Source: a virus. Taken from it: a DNA stretch of 64,000 nt. Location of the stretch: positions 129,190 through 193,189 of the IMG/VR virus record IMGVR_UViG_3300042566_001780. One strand, written 5' to 3'. Every line of letters starts with the position of its first letter. The stretch's first letter is position 1. Below are positions 28,160 through 37,021 of the stretch, in pieces. The position numbers and the translations under genes are program-made. The notes under the pieces were generated by a model. The model saw nothing but the letters and a program-made list of their open reading frames with translations. It ran no database searches and had not been told where the DNA came from.

Positions 28160-28459
28160 ATGTCGACGTCTGCACAAACTTGGTACAAAGCAAAGTTACT
28201 TCCTGCTGCGCAAAGTATCTTTACGGATTCTTTCTATCCAGAAGCCAAAAAGACAGGCACACAGTATGTGTGGTTCACTCAAGTTGATCCGTCTCCCTCT
28301 CATTCAAAAGTCTTAGTAGCGTCAAAACTTGCCGAAGGCTATCTTCGTATGATCACCCTTGAGTTAGCAAAACATTGCCTTGAACCTAAACAAAAAGCAT
28401 CAAAAGCTGAAATGGATCAGCTTAATGCTTTGATGCTTTCTTTGAAAGATAAAATCTAA
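28160..28459 (+). CDS. hypothetical protein
   Basis: aggagc RBS then ATG at 28160 (the longer ORF from 28115 lacks RBS). Confidence 0.45.
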   Translation: MSTSAQTWYKAKLLPAAQSIFTDSFYPEAKKTGTQYVWFTQVDPSPSHSKVLVASKLAEGYLRMITLELAKHCLEPKQKASKAEMDQLNALMLSLKDKI

Positions 28460-28951
28460 ATGAACAAGAATGTTCTATGGCTCGATCTTGAAGACACAAT
28501 CATCGAGCCTGTGTTGAATGGATGGGGAAATGTCTCTCTTATCCCAGGTAAAATTGAAAAAATCAAAAATTTCATGAGGGAATACAAACCTGATGAAGTG
28601 AACATTTTTTCATTTGCGATTCATAATGACTTTGAGAAACGTGGATTTGAGCATTTCGTGAAACCCTGGCTGGAAGAGAAGCTTGAATGCAAGTTCATGA
28701 TGATTCCAACTGTAGATGATGAGATCAAATCTGCATGTTGTGCCCAATTGATGCTTGCGCGAAATGCAGTCACCTTCTCAGACATGGTAGAATTTTGGGG
28801 CAAGCAAATTGCATTTAGGCTGTTCATCAGGCACCATTTTCATAATCAAGAAGTAACACTGTTTGATGATGCAGTTCACGATGAAATCGTGTTTTTGCCT
28901 GAGAACAACACACGTATTGAAATTTTCAACATCGACAATTATGGACAATAA
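28460..28951 (+). CDS. HAD-superfamily phosphatase-like protein
   Basis: LWLDLEDTII (motif I DxDxT-like) and LFDDAVHDE (motif IV DD). Confidence 0.45.
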   Translation: MNKNVLWLDLEDTIIEPVLNGWGNVSLIPGKIEKIKNFMREYKPDEVNIFSFAIHNDFEKRGFEHFVKPWLEEKLECKFMMIPTVDDEIKSACCAQLMLARNAVTFSDMVEFWGKQIAFRLFIRHHFHNQEVTLFDDAVHDEIVFLPENNTRIEIFNIDNYGQ

Positions 28952-29222
28952 TCAAGCACAATTCCAGCAATTTTCTGACACTATCACTTTTTCTAAGCAG
29001 CAAATTCTTGAAGCGTTGCTTAAGAAAATTGTGAAAGTGAAATTCACAAAAGCAGATGGATCTATCACTGAAATGGAATGTACTCTCAATGATGCGTTGA
29101 TTCCACAAAACGCTAAAACATCTGAATCTACAAGTGAAAGCGAACTTGTGATTCGTTGCTACTCTATTGATCGCCAGGGTTGGCGATCATTTCGCATTGA
29201 TCGATTAATTGAACTCTCCTAA
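28941..29222 (+). CDS. hypothetical protein
   Basis: ATG 28941 overlaps upstream stop by 11 nt; longer ORF from 28863 is probably read-through of overlap. Confidence 0.4.
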   Translation: MDNNQAQFQQFSDTITFSKQQILEALLKKIVKVKFTKADGSITEMECTLNDALIPQNAKTSESTSESELVIRCYSIDRQGWRSFRIDRLIELS

Positions 29223-29230
29223 GGAAATCT

Positions 29231-29539
29231 ATGAACATCAAAATTTTCAAACCTATTTCTGGACCTGAAATCATTGCAGAACTGTTGAATGAAGGAGCAG
29301 AATTCTATCGAATTTCACGACCACTCACTATTCATGTTATGCGTGGACCAGATGGAAATCCGTCTCTTGCATTTTCTGAATTTTCAATGGTGACTGCAGA
29401 TAAGAGTCCAGTGATTCTTTACAAGTCTGCGCTGATTTGTGAACCAATGGAGCCGGTTCCTGAAATTGCAGCAAATTACCAGCAGAATGTGACAGGTCTT
29501 ATTCTCCCACAATCGAATGGGCAAATCCTAACAGGCTAA
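29231..29539 (+). CDS. hypothetical protein (102 aa)
   Basis: RBS aaggaaa. Confidence 0.5.
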   Translation: MNIKIFKPISGPEIIAELLNEGAEFYRISRPLTIHVMRGPDGNPSLAFSEFSMVTADKSPVILYKSALICEPMEPVPEIAANYQQNVTGLILPQSNGQILTG

Positions 29540-29543
29540 ATCA

Positions 29544-29572
29544 AAAGGTGCAAATTTGCACCTTTTCTGTAT
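29544..29572 (+). terminator. rho-independent terminator aaaaggtgcaaa/tttgcacctttt
   Basis: 12-bp stem followed by T-rich run. Confidence 0.6.
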
Positions 29573-29614
29573 ATTGCGCTAAATAATAAAAGATTGCCTT
29601 TTGGAGAGACTTTT

Positions 29615-30340
29615 ATGTCCATTTTACGTGAATTGATTAAACTGCAAGAGAATGCTGATGATATTAAGGTCGTTAAGTCTAATGAACCTTTAGAGTTGTC
29701 TGACATTGTTGAATATTTTCCGTCTAAGCATACAGCAGTGTTAGACAAACTTTGGGGAACTGAACGTTTGACTTGGCATGGTAAAAAGTTCTTTGATGCT
29801 AATAATCTCGGTGATGTTTATGTAGAAGCAGAAGACGCCGTAGATGCTGTTATTGGAGATGTATCTATTGATGCGGGTATTACCTTATCTCCCGTATATC
29901 GTTCAAATCTCCCTGAATTAGATTTTGATCCTGACACTATCGAGTGGCAATCAAAGATCGGCAAGAATGATAAGCAAGAAGTGTATCTTGGCTATGATCC
30001 AAAGACTGATAAGCTCTACATGGGTTTTGATGCTTGGATTGATGAGCAAGATTACAATGACGCCTTTGACGAGCAATTTGAACGTATTGTTGGTGAGCGC
30101 TTTGATGATGAAAACAAAGTCCATGAAGCGATCGCTGAAGAAACATGGAAAAAGTATACGAAGTCCAAGCAGAGCTTTTATGGAATCATTTTTGAAATTT
30201 CATATGATGAAGGTTCAAACTCGATTGATGAAGCATTAGAGTTACCGCAATTTACGAATCCTGGCGGGTTCTATGGTGGCGACTGCTATGGCGAGTTCAA
30301 GCGCCAATACCCTAACGTGATTGATCTTCGTTTGGACTAA
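29615..30340 (+). CDS. acidic hypothetical protein
   Basis: ggagagac RBS before ATG 29615; Asp/Glu-rich. Confidence 0.5.
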   Translation: MSILRELIKLQENADDIKVVKSNEPLELSDIVEYFPSKHTAVLDKLWGTERLTWHGKKFFDANNLGDVYVEAEDAVDAVIGDVSIDAGITLSPVYRSNLPELDFDPDTIEWQSKIGKNDKQEVYLGYDPKTDKLYMGFDAWIDEQDYNDAFDEQFERIVGERFDDENKVHEAIAEETWKKYTKSKQSFYGIIFEISYDEGSNSIDEALELPQFTNPGGFYGGDCYGEFKRQYPNVIDLRLD

Positions 30341-30342
30341 AG

Positions 30343-31137
30343 ATGACTGCACATTTATCCGAGCAAGAATTTGACTTTTCGAAAAGTGTAGAACATGCGC
30401 TTTCGAAAACCCTCGACTTAGCAAAATCTGCTTATGTTAACGTCAAAGCTGCTCGTGATGAATACCAAACAAAACAGTCTGAACAAGATGAAGTTACCGA
30501 TGATGCAGAAGCTGCTAGAAATGAAATAGAAGTTTCTGCATCAACAATAATTGCTAACTTGATTTTAGACACTGAAGATCCATCCGAAAAAGATATGGAA
30601 GCATTTGCTGAATTATCTGATGATGAGCTTCAAGAAATTATTACAAAAATAGATGAGATTGCAAAAAACTTTAAACAAATTCCATCAGAGATGTTTAAGG
30701 CTTTGCAAGTAGCAGATTTCTTAGATGCGAGTGATAAAAATAGAGAAACTATCTCTAAAATAACATCTGAAGTCGATACTGCGTTATTGCCAAAAGTAGG
30801 CAAAACCATGAACAACAATCACAGATATATTGTTGATTTATGGCAAGAAGTTATTGAATCCTATGACGGGAAAACATTCCAATCTGGATTCATTAAAACA
30901 TTAAAAAAGCTGTCACAAGAAAATCAAAAGATTAACCAATCACGGGTAGGGATTGGTTCTTTTTTGTATGTGGGTACTAAACTTGTTGAAGTGTTTAGAG
31001 CCCAACTTCAAGTTTTAGAGGTAAGACTGAAGAAACTTAAAACTTTGGTACTAAAAGAGATGTCTACTAATATAGACCGTCCTATTACTAAAGAGCACCT
31101 CAAAGCTGTCAAGTCGCTAGTCCAAAAAATGAAGTAG
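30343..31137 (+). CDS. hypothetical helical protein (264 aa)
   Basis: ORF directly abutting upstream gene. Confidence 0.5.
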   Translation: MTAHLSEQEFDFSKSVEHALSKTLDLAKSAYVNVKAARDEYQTKQSEQDEVTDDAEAARNEIEVSASTIIANLILDTEDPSEKDMEAFAELSDDELQEIITKIDEIAKNFKQIPSEMFKALQVADFLDASDKNRETISKITSEVDTALLPKVGKTMNNNHRYIVDLWQEVIESYDGKTFQSGFIKTLKKLSQENQKINQSRVGIGSFLYVGTKLVEVFRAQLQVLEVRLKKLKTLVLKEMSTNIDRPITKEHLKAVKSLVQKMK

Positions 31138-31169
31138 ACCAAAGGTCACCATCATGGTAGAATTATACC

Positions 31170-31388
31170 ATGATCATTACTTCAAAACCCAAACTCTCCC
31201 CCGTTACTGCTGACCAAATTGTTCTTCGCCTTGAGGGTATTACCTTGAGTGCAAAGCAACGAGAGCTTGCAGTTCCTCATATCAATAGTTTCCATGAAGG
31301 AAAAATTTCGTATATGCGAATGCTAGACTATGTCAAACGCGCATGCAGTCGAAATAAAGTTTCTCTACTGAATCATCATGATGCCTAA
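31170..31388 (+). CDS. hypothetical protein (72 aa)
   Basis: ORF only. Confidence 0.35.
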   Translation: MIITSKPKLSPVTADQIVLRLEGITLSAKQRELAVPHINSFHEGKISYMRMLDYVKRACSRNKVSLLNHHDA

Positions 31389-31566
31389 CTTCAAAACAAT
31401 TGCTCTTCATGTAGTTGTGGCTCTATTAACCCTTGGGTTTCTTGTGCCGCCTTTCATTAACTCAACAAGCACTTTTCTCGTTATCATTGGTTTCATTCTT
31501 GCAATTGCCAGTGTGGGTTTGATTGTTTTGTCTGCTGTAAAAATTTACTTTTTCTTCCACAAATGA
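31378..31566 (+). CDS. small two-TM membrane protein
   Basis: Hydrophobic 62-aa ORF. Confidence 0.35.
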   Translation: MMPNFKTIALHVVVALLTLGFLVPPFINSTSTFLVIIGFILAIASVGLIVLSAVKIYFFFHK

Positions 31567-31579
31567 GGATTTCTCAAAA

Positions 31580-32464
31580 ATGTCTAATCAATTGAAAGTT
31601 AAGTTATTCGGCATTCTGCTGGCACTATCAGGATTCTTCGGGTTGCTATACATAGCCGTGTTTTTAGAACGTGTGCCAGTAGGTCATGTTGGTGTTATTG
31701 TTAATCTACTTGGATCGGACAAAGGTGTTTCAATCCAGGAAGTTGGTCCAGGTCGACATTTTGTCGGCATCAACCAAAAGCTCTACACCTTCCCAACATT
31801 CACTATGACAGTTGGATGGACAGCAGATTCAAATCCTGAAGTGGGATCACCAAATAATGAGGAAATGAGTTTCCAAACATCTGATGGTCTAGTTGTGACT
31901 GCAGATGTCGGAGCATCAGTTAGTGTAGATCCAAGTAAAGTTTCTATCCTATTCCAAAAGTATCGAAAAGGCATGGATGAAATTGTCGATTCTTATGTTC
32001 GACGAAATATTCAAGATGCTTTGGTTCGAAAAGCCGGCGTAATGGGTGTAGAATCTGTCTATGGCGCTGGTAAGAATGAACTGCTGAATGCTGCCTTTGA
32101 GGATGTTAAGAAAGAGATGGCGGATCTCGGGATTATCATTGAAAAAATGTACTGGATTGGTCAGATTCGTCTCCCTGAAGTGGTGGTGACTGCAATCAAC
32201 AAGAAGATCTCTGCTACCCAAGAAGCTGAACAGCGTCGAAATGAAGTTGAAAAAGCTAAAGCCCAAGCTGCAATTGAACGCGAAAAAGCGCAAGGCGAAG
32301 CTGATGCTGTGCTGATCGCCGCTGAGGCTCAAGCAGAAGCTAACCGTAAGTTGAGTGCGTCAATCACCAAAGAGCTGAATGACTATCGGTCTATTGAGAA
32401 ATGGGATGGAAAGACCCCACAATATATGACAGGTCCAGTGCCTTTCGTCAACTTGCAAAAATGA
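31580..32464 (+). CDS. SPFH/band-7 (prohibitin/HflKC-like) membrane protein
   Basis: N-terminal TM then VPVGHVGVIVNLLG... SPFH beta-rich core and charged AEAQAEANRK coiled tail. Confidence 0.65.
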   Translation: MSNQLKVKLFGILLALSGFFGLLYIAVFLERVPVGHVGVIVNLLGSDKGVSIQEVGPGRHFVGINQKLYTFPTFTMTVGWTADSNPEVGSPNNEEMSFQTSDGLVVTADVGASVSVDPSKVSILFQKYRKGMDEIVDSYVRRNIQDALVRKAGVMGVESVYGAGKNELLNAAFEDVKKEMADLGIIIEKMYWIGQIRLPEVVVTAINKKISATQEAEQRRNEVEKAKAQAAIEREKAQGEADAVLIAAEAQAEANRKLSASITKELNDYRSIEKWDGKTPQYMTGPVPFVNLQK

Positions 32465-32472
32465 GTTGTATA

Positions 32473-32501
32473 ATGGGAAGACTAATAATCTTCCCATTTT
32501 C
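32473..32501 (+). terminator. terminator atgggaaga/tcttcccat + tttt
   Basis: 9-bp stem, T-run. Confidence 0.55.
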
Positions 32502-32506
32502 ATCAA

Positions 32507-32950
32507 ATGAAAAACCTCTACGCTACACAGAAACTTTGGGCTCGTCGGTGGATGGCTCTTGGATCTTTTCTGTACAAAATTTTCAAAGTGCCAATCAACT
32601 TTGTACTTTTTTGTATTAGAATTCCAATCGACTTCTATAAATTTTTGAAGGAAGAACCCGGCGCGGCAATATTTGTAAGCGTTGTCATTTCACTAGTTTT
32701 TTCGGTGATCTTTGCAGTATATACAGACGTACAATTGCAAAAACCAGCTGAAGGTCATCTCATAGCTGAAGTTATGGCAATTGACGGATGTACCGAAAAT
32801 ACTATGAAGCTGCGAGCAGAACGTCAATCTTCTCCAATGACGCGACGAGATGTTCAGCGTGTCAAAGAAGACTGTGAGAAATACTGGGAAGATCAACGCA
32901 TTCTTAAAGAGCAAAAAGAAGCACTTCTGAAAAAAGCTAGACTTCTGTGA
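32507..32950 (+). CDS. hypothetical membrane protein
   Basis: Hydrophobic N-half; 147 aa. Confidence 0.4.
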   Translation: MKNLYATQKLWARRWMALGSFLYKIFKVPINFVLFCIRIPIDFYKFLKEEPGAAIFVSVVISLVFSVIFAVYTDVQLQKPAEGHLIAEVMAIDGCTENTMKLRAERQSSPMTRRDVQRVKEDCEKYWEDQRILKEQKEALLKKARLL

Positions 32951-32957
32951 GATTATC

Positions 32958-33614
32958 ATGAAAAAGTATCCGCGAACTGTTCACCTCCCTTGGTCCCTTG
33001 GAACCGAGAGCGATGACAAGATGTTGCAAAATGTAGATCATTTTGTTGGCAAGCAGATTGTCGTCACTATCAAAATGGATGGTGAGAACTGTACTGCCCA
33101 CGCAAATGGTCACATTCATGCTCGTTCTTTGGATAGTGTCTCGGGTCCTGATCGTGATTGGGTTAAAAAGTTTCTGCTTGAAAATGTGTGTTACAATCTT
33201 CCTGAGAACTGGCGTGTTTGCGGTGAAAATCTTTTTGCTAAGCACTCTATCTTCTACGAAGATCTGAAATCCTACTTTATGGGTTTTAGCATTTGGAATA
33301 ACGAAAACATCTGTCTTTCGTGGGATGACACTCTTGCATGGTTCGAGTTGCTGAATGTGACTCCAGTTGAAGTTGTCTATGAGGGTATTTTTGATGTTGA
33401 TGCATTGAAGAAGCTTGAAAAGACTATGGATTTTTCTAAGCAGGAAGGATATGTCATTCGACTAAAAGATTCATTCCACTATGATGAATTTGGCACCAAT
33501 GTAGCAAAGTTTGTAAGAGCAAATCACGTGCAGACTGATCAACACTGGCGCCATTCTGCAATTGTTCCCAATGTCCTTAAGGATGAAAATGAAAAAGAAA
33601 CGTGCAATAGTTAA
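32958..33614 (+). CDS. ATP-dependent RNA/DNA ligase-like nucleotidyltransferase (small Rnl-type)
   Basis: TIKMDGENC (motif I KxDG), EGYVIRLKD (motif IV), KFVRANHV (motif V-like). Confidence 0.55.
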   Translation: MKKYPRTVHLPWSLGTESDDKMLQNVDHFVGKQIVVTIKMDGENCTAHANGHIHARSLDSVSGPDRDWVKKFLLENVCYNLPENWRVCGENLFAKHSIFYEDLKSYFMGFSIWNNENICLSWDDTLAWFELLNVTPVEVVYEGIFDVDALKKLEKTMDFSKQEGYVIRLKDSFHYDEFGTNVAKFVRANHVQTDQHWRHSAIVPNVLKDENEKETCNS

Positions 33615-33624
33615 GTGTCAAGTC

Positions 33625-33876
33625 ATGGTGAGCAACATTAAGCAACAGAATGCTGCTTCATTCATGACTGATTTGACTCCAACCTTACGGGTCAATAATC
33701 TATCTTGGATCCCCGGAAGTCATCACAAAAACAAACTTGTATTTGATGCTGAGTATGGTCCAGTTGCCGGTGGGTGGCAGTCTGACGTGATTGCAAAAGT
33801 GAAGCGAGGCCTTGCAAAAGCTGGGTCTACTGCAGGTGTTCAAATTCTTAGTTACAATCGACAGGTGGTAGAGTGA
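33625..33876 (+). CDS. hypothetical protein
   Basis: ATG after upstream stop; longer ORF from 33562 overlaps ligase. Confidence 0.35.
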   Translation: MVSNIKQQNAASFMTDLTPTLRVNNLSWIPGSHHKNKLVFDAEYGPVAGGWQSDVIAKVKRGLAKAGSTAGVQILSYNRQVVE

Positions 33877-34106
33877 TGTTTTTTGAAATTGTTTCTCCAA
33901 GTAATGCCCGGCAAATGCTAGTTCGTTTGTCTGAGCCTGAAAAGATTCAGATTCGCATGTTGCAAAATGAAGCTCAACTTGATTCTTTTCGACATGAATT
34001 TCTGAAAGCAGACGGTCCTCCATCTCTTGACACTATGAAAGAAGTGCATGCATCACTGATGGAATCTTTCAAGCAAAAAACCAATTCTGTTTCTACTCAA
34101 TTTTGA
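33873..34106 (+). CDS. hypothetical protein (77 aa)
   Basis: ATGA overlap coupling. Confidence 0.4.
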   Translation: MMFFEIVSPSNARQMLVRLSEPEKIQIRMLQNEAQLDSFRHEFLKADGPPSLDTMKEVHASLMESFKQKTNSVSTQF

Positions 34107-34116
34107 AGGAATTATC

Positions 34117-34710
34117 ATGGAAGACGAAAACAAGCTAAAGCAACTCGTTGAGTACATCAAAGTCACTGCGCCCATCAAGATTGTGGATGATAATACTGCT
34201 AAGGTCATGGCAGAGATCATCACCACCAATCTGGTCAATGGCATTGAGAATCTGAAACGTGTTACCGGTTCTAGTGCAAAATCCATCCAGCTGCTTAATG
34301 AAAAGTTGGACAGCTACATCCAAAAGGTGAAGTCTGAAGAGAATCAGAAAGCTATTAGGAATGTTGGGTTGAATCTTGCTCAAGCTATGGGCCTAAAGGC
34401 CGCGCAGAAACCTGTAGTTCAACCAAAACCTGTGGTGCAAGTGGCTAAACCAGTTGTGTTGAAGCCAAATAATCTCCACGTAATGGTGAAGACCCACCCT
34501 GATCCAAAAGTCAAACAACCTACTGGTTTGTACAAGGTCCAAGAACTGGTGGTTGAAGGCGATAAAGTCCAAGTGAAAATTCATGGAAACCGCGGATGGG
34601 TTCTTGATAGTCGTGGTGCCATTCCTCTGTTCCTTGATTTCTACAAAAACTATCGAACCAACAAGACAAAGATGACATCTATGTATGATGTGATTCGAAA
34701 CGCAGTCTAA
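34117..34710 (+). CDS. hypothetical protein (197 aa)
   Basis: RBS ggaa; ORF. Confidence 0.5.
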   Translation: MEDENKLKQLVEYIKVTAPIKIVDDNTAKVMAEIITTNLVNGIENLKRVTGSSAKSIQLLNEKLDSYIQKVKSEENQKAIRNVGLNLAQAMGLKAAQKPVVQPKPVVQVAKPVVLKPNNLHVMVKTHPDPKVKQPTGLYKVQELVVEGDKVQVKIHGNRGWVLDSRGAIPLFLDFYKNYRTNKTKMTSMYDVIRNAV

Positions 34711-34752
34711 TCACGATAATCCTATAAATAGGCAATAGTAACTAAAGGACTA

Positions 34753-35373
34753 TTGCCTATTATGTTTTCTACTCTCAAAGAAATGTTATCCCTCCAAGAG
34801 GGTGATGTCATCAAAGCCAATTTTGGTAAACCTATTCGGTCTTCAGGAATTCCTGTCCCTCCTGGATTCGACCGATTTGAAGTTGAAGATGTCAATGATT
34901 CTGCTTCCAACATCATTGGTATCAAGGATGGCAATCGCAAAAAAGTATCTACTGCTTCTCCTGAACTAGCAAAAGCTTTGGTAGATGCATATAATCGTGG
35001 TGGTGAAACGTCATTTGATATTCAGCCCATGAAATTTGGCTCCAGTGAACAGCTTGCTCTAGATGATGTTGGTATATCATTGACGGAAAAACCATCTTAC
35101 TGGGATGATTTTGAAGGATCTGGGTATGCTGCTAAGAGAAATCTAAATGATCTCAGTTTAAAGAGAATTGAAAAAGTTTTAGGTAGAAAAATTCCTATAA
35201 TGACTGGTGAAGAAATTTATGGGACTTCAGTGAAACCTCGTGGACCTTTGGCTTCAGTCAAGAATATGCCAGATGACAGTTTTGTTATCATCAAATTTGA
35301 TGATGGATCAAAGTATCTGGCATATACTAGAGAAGCAAATACCTACATTCGCACATGGCAAAAAATCGACTGA
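34753..35373 (+). CDS. hypothetical protein (206 aa)
   Basis: ORF. Confidence 0.5.
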   Translation: MPIMFSTLKEMLSLQEGDVIKANFGKPIRSSGIPVPPGFDRFEVEDVNDSASNIIGIKDGNRKKVSTASPELAKALVDAYNRGGETSFDIQPMKFGSSEQLALDDVGISLTEKPSYWDDFEGSGYAAKRNLNDLSLKRIEKVLGRKIPIMTGEEIYGTSVKPRGPLASVKNMPDDSFVIIKFDDGSKYLAYTREANTYIRTWQKID

Positions 35374-35634
35374 CTTCTTCAACCTAAAAATAGTTGAGAA
35401 TTTTTACCAAAAGTTTGTACAAACTTGCTAAATAAGTGTATAATTCATTTTTAGTTTAAAACCTTCCCTAAAGCTTATCATGAAAACCTTCTTCGAGACC
35501 ACTAAGAATAATCATTTCTGGCATAATGACCAGATGATTTCTTTTGCTCAGGAGAAAGATGAGCACAGTCTACCCGGACTTAAAGAAGGCGGAAGAGGTA
35601 CTTAAAAAGTAACTTGACCACAAATCTAAAAAGT

Positions 35635-35666
35635 CTGGGAACCAAAAAGGTTCCCAGTTTTGTTTT
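35635..35666 (+). terminator. terminator ctgggaacc/ggttcccag + ttttgtttt inside the long intergenic region
   Basis: 9-bp stem + T-run. Confidence 0.55.
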
Positions 35667-35855
35667 AGAGATACGCTATCAATGGCACACCCGGTGACCG
35701 CAACGGCGTAAAACAAAATGTTGCAGTTAGGAGGGGGGTTCCGGAGGGCAATCCAATGGACAACTACATGATGTGTGTAGGATCTATTTTGAAGTTCATT
35801 CATTATGAATGAACTCTTTCAAGATCATTTTCAATAGTGATCTTAAAAGAGTTTT

Positions 35856-35940
35856 CCATCAGATGCCAAACTGGTTATGGCACTCGACTTTTAATCGAGC
35901 GCGTTACGCTTTGTGGGTTCGAGTCCCACCTGATGGACCA
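35856..35940 (+). tRNA. tRNA-Lys(UUU)-like, 85 nt with long (13-nt) variable arm; encoded CCA
   Basis: Acceptor ccatcag/ctgatgg, D gcca/tggc, anticodon stem ctcga/tcgag loop cuUUUaa, extra arm gcg-tta-cgc, T gtggg-ttcgagt-cccac. Confidence 0.6.
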
Positions 35941-35948
35941 AAGTTTTT

Positions 35949-36024
35949 GCCTGTTTAGCTCAGTTGAGAGAGCAAAATGTTGATAACGTTTAGGTCGCTG
36001 GTTTGAGTCCAGCAACAGGCACCA
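35949..36024 (+). tRNA. tRNA-Ile(GAU)
   Basis: Acceptor gcctgtt/aacaggc, anticodon loop ttGATaa, T gctgg-tttgagt-ccagc, CCA. Confidence 0.8.
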
Positions 36025-36030
36025 AAAAAT

Positions 36031-36115
36031 GTCGCGTGTTGGCTGCTGGTAACGGCCCTCACCCTTTCAAGGTGACGTCTTTATGACTGCGGTTCGATTC
36101 CGCCACGCGACGCCA
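36031..36115 (+). tRNA. tRNA-Glu(UUC)-like, 85 nt with long variable arm; encoded CCA
   Basis: Acceptor gtcgcgt/acgcgac, anticodon stem tcacc/ggtga loop cuUUCaa, extra arm gtc-tttat-gac, T loop ttcgatt. Confidence 0.55.
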
Positions 36116-36121
36116 AGTTAT

Positions 36122-36193
36122 TGGGGGATTGTCATCTGGTGATGACATTGCGCTTTGACCGCAAGAAGGTGGGTTCGATCCCCACTCCCCTTG
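36122..36193 (+). tRNA. tRNA-Gln(UUG), no encoded CCA, U1-U72 mismatch
   Basis: D gtca/tgac, anticodon stem ttgcg/cgcaa loop cuUUGac, T gtggg-ttcgatc-cccac. Confidence 0.6.
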
Positions 36194-36203
36194 CACTTGA
36201 CAT

Positions 36204-36241
36204 AATTGTTCTCCTATAAATAGAGTATAAGGAGAACAATT
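36204..36241 (+). promoter_or_regulatory. perfect 12-bp inverted repeat enclosing TATAAATA late-promoter motif and sequestering the aggag RBS of the GIY-YIG gene
   Basis: aattgttctcct / TATAAATAgagtata / aggagaacaatt-ATG; TATAAATA at 36215..36222. Confidence 0.6.
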
Positions 36242-36910
36242 ATGCAAAAAACACAAAAGAAATATCATTATATTTATAAAACAACTTGTCTAATTACTAA
36301 AAAATTTTATATAGGCATGCACTCAACTGATAACTTAAATGATGGTTATCTTGGAAGTGGAAAGATTCTTAGTTATTCTATTGCCAAATATGGTAAGGCC
36401 AATCATGTTTGCGAAATTTTAGAATATCTACCTAATAGAGAAGCACTAAACGATCGTGAAAAAGAAATAGTAAATGAGGATTTATTAAATCATCCATTAA
36501 ATATTAATCTTGTATATGGTGGTTCTGGTGGAACTCATGGAAAAGAGGCCGAGGTATGGGCAAGACCGGGGTATAAAGAAAGAGTAGCTATTTCTTTATC
36601 TAATGCGATGAAAAAACGTTGGTTACATATAGAATATGCAAATAAAATTAGTTTGCATAGGAAAATACTTTGGACTAATGATGAATATCGAAACAATATG
36701 CTTGTTGTTTTGCGATCGGCTTTTTTGGGAAAACAACACACTGCAAAAAGCAAAGCATTAATTGGTGAAAAAAATTCAATAAGTCAATTAGGATCAAAGA
36801 ATTCCCAGTTTGGAACTTGCTGGATTACTAATGGAATAAAACCAATTAAAATAAAGAAAGAGTGTCTTGACGAATATTTGGTGAAGGGGTATCGTTTAGG
36901 AAGAAAATAA
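36242..36910 (+). CDS. GIY-YIG homing endonuclease (NUMOD3-containing)
   Basis: YHYIYKTTCLITKKFYIGMHST GIY-YIG motif; HTAKSKALIGEKN NUMOD3. Confidence 0.8.
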   Translation: MQKTQKKYHYIYKTTCLITKKFYIGMHSTDNLNDGYLGSGKILSYSIAKYGKANHVCEILEYLPNREALNDREKEIVNEDLLNHPLNINLVYGGSGGTHGKEAEVWARPGYKERVAISLSNAMKKRWLHIEYANKISLHRKILWTNDEYRNNMLVVLRSAFLGKQHTAKSKALIGEKNSISQLGSKNSQFGTCWITNGIKPIKIKKECLDEYLVKGYRLGRK

Positions 36911-36935
36911 TTTGTTCATGTTTAGTGTTATTTGC

Positions 36936-37008
36936 TGGCCGGTAGCTCAGTTGGTAGAGTGTCGGGTTGTTACCCCGGGTGTCGCGAGTTCGAATCTTGC
37001 CCGGCCAG
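36936..37008 (+). tRNA. tRNA-Asn(GUU), no encoded CCA
   Basis: Acceptor tggccgg/ccggcca, D gctc/gagt, anticodon loop ttGTTac, T gcgag-ttcgaat-cttgc. Confidence 0.7.
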
Positions 37009-37021
37009 CAAATAGCATTAT

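Noticed and set aside
35570-35803. Minus-strand 77-aa ORF in the pre-tRNA intergenic region
   Set aside because: No RBS; sits across a terminator and hairpins; more likely non-coding.
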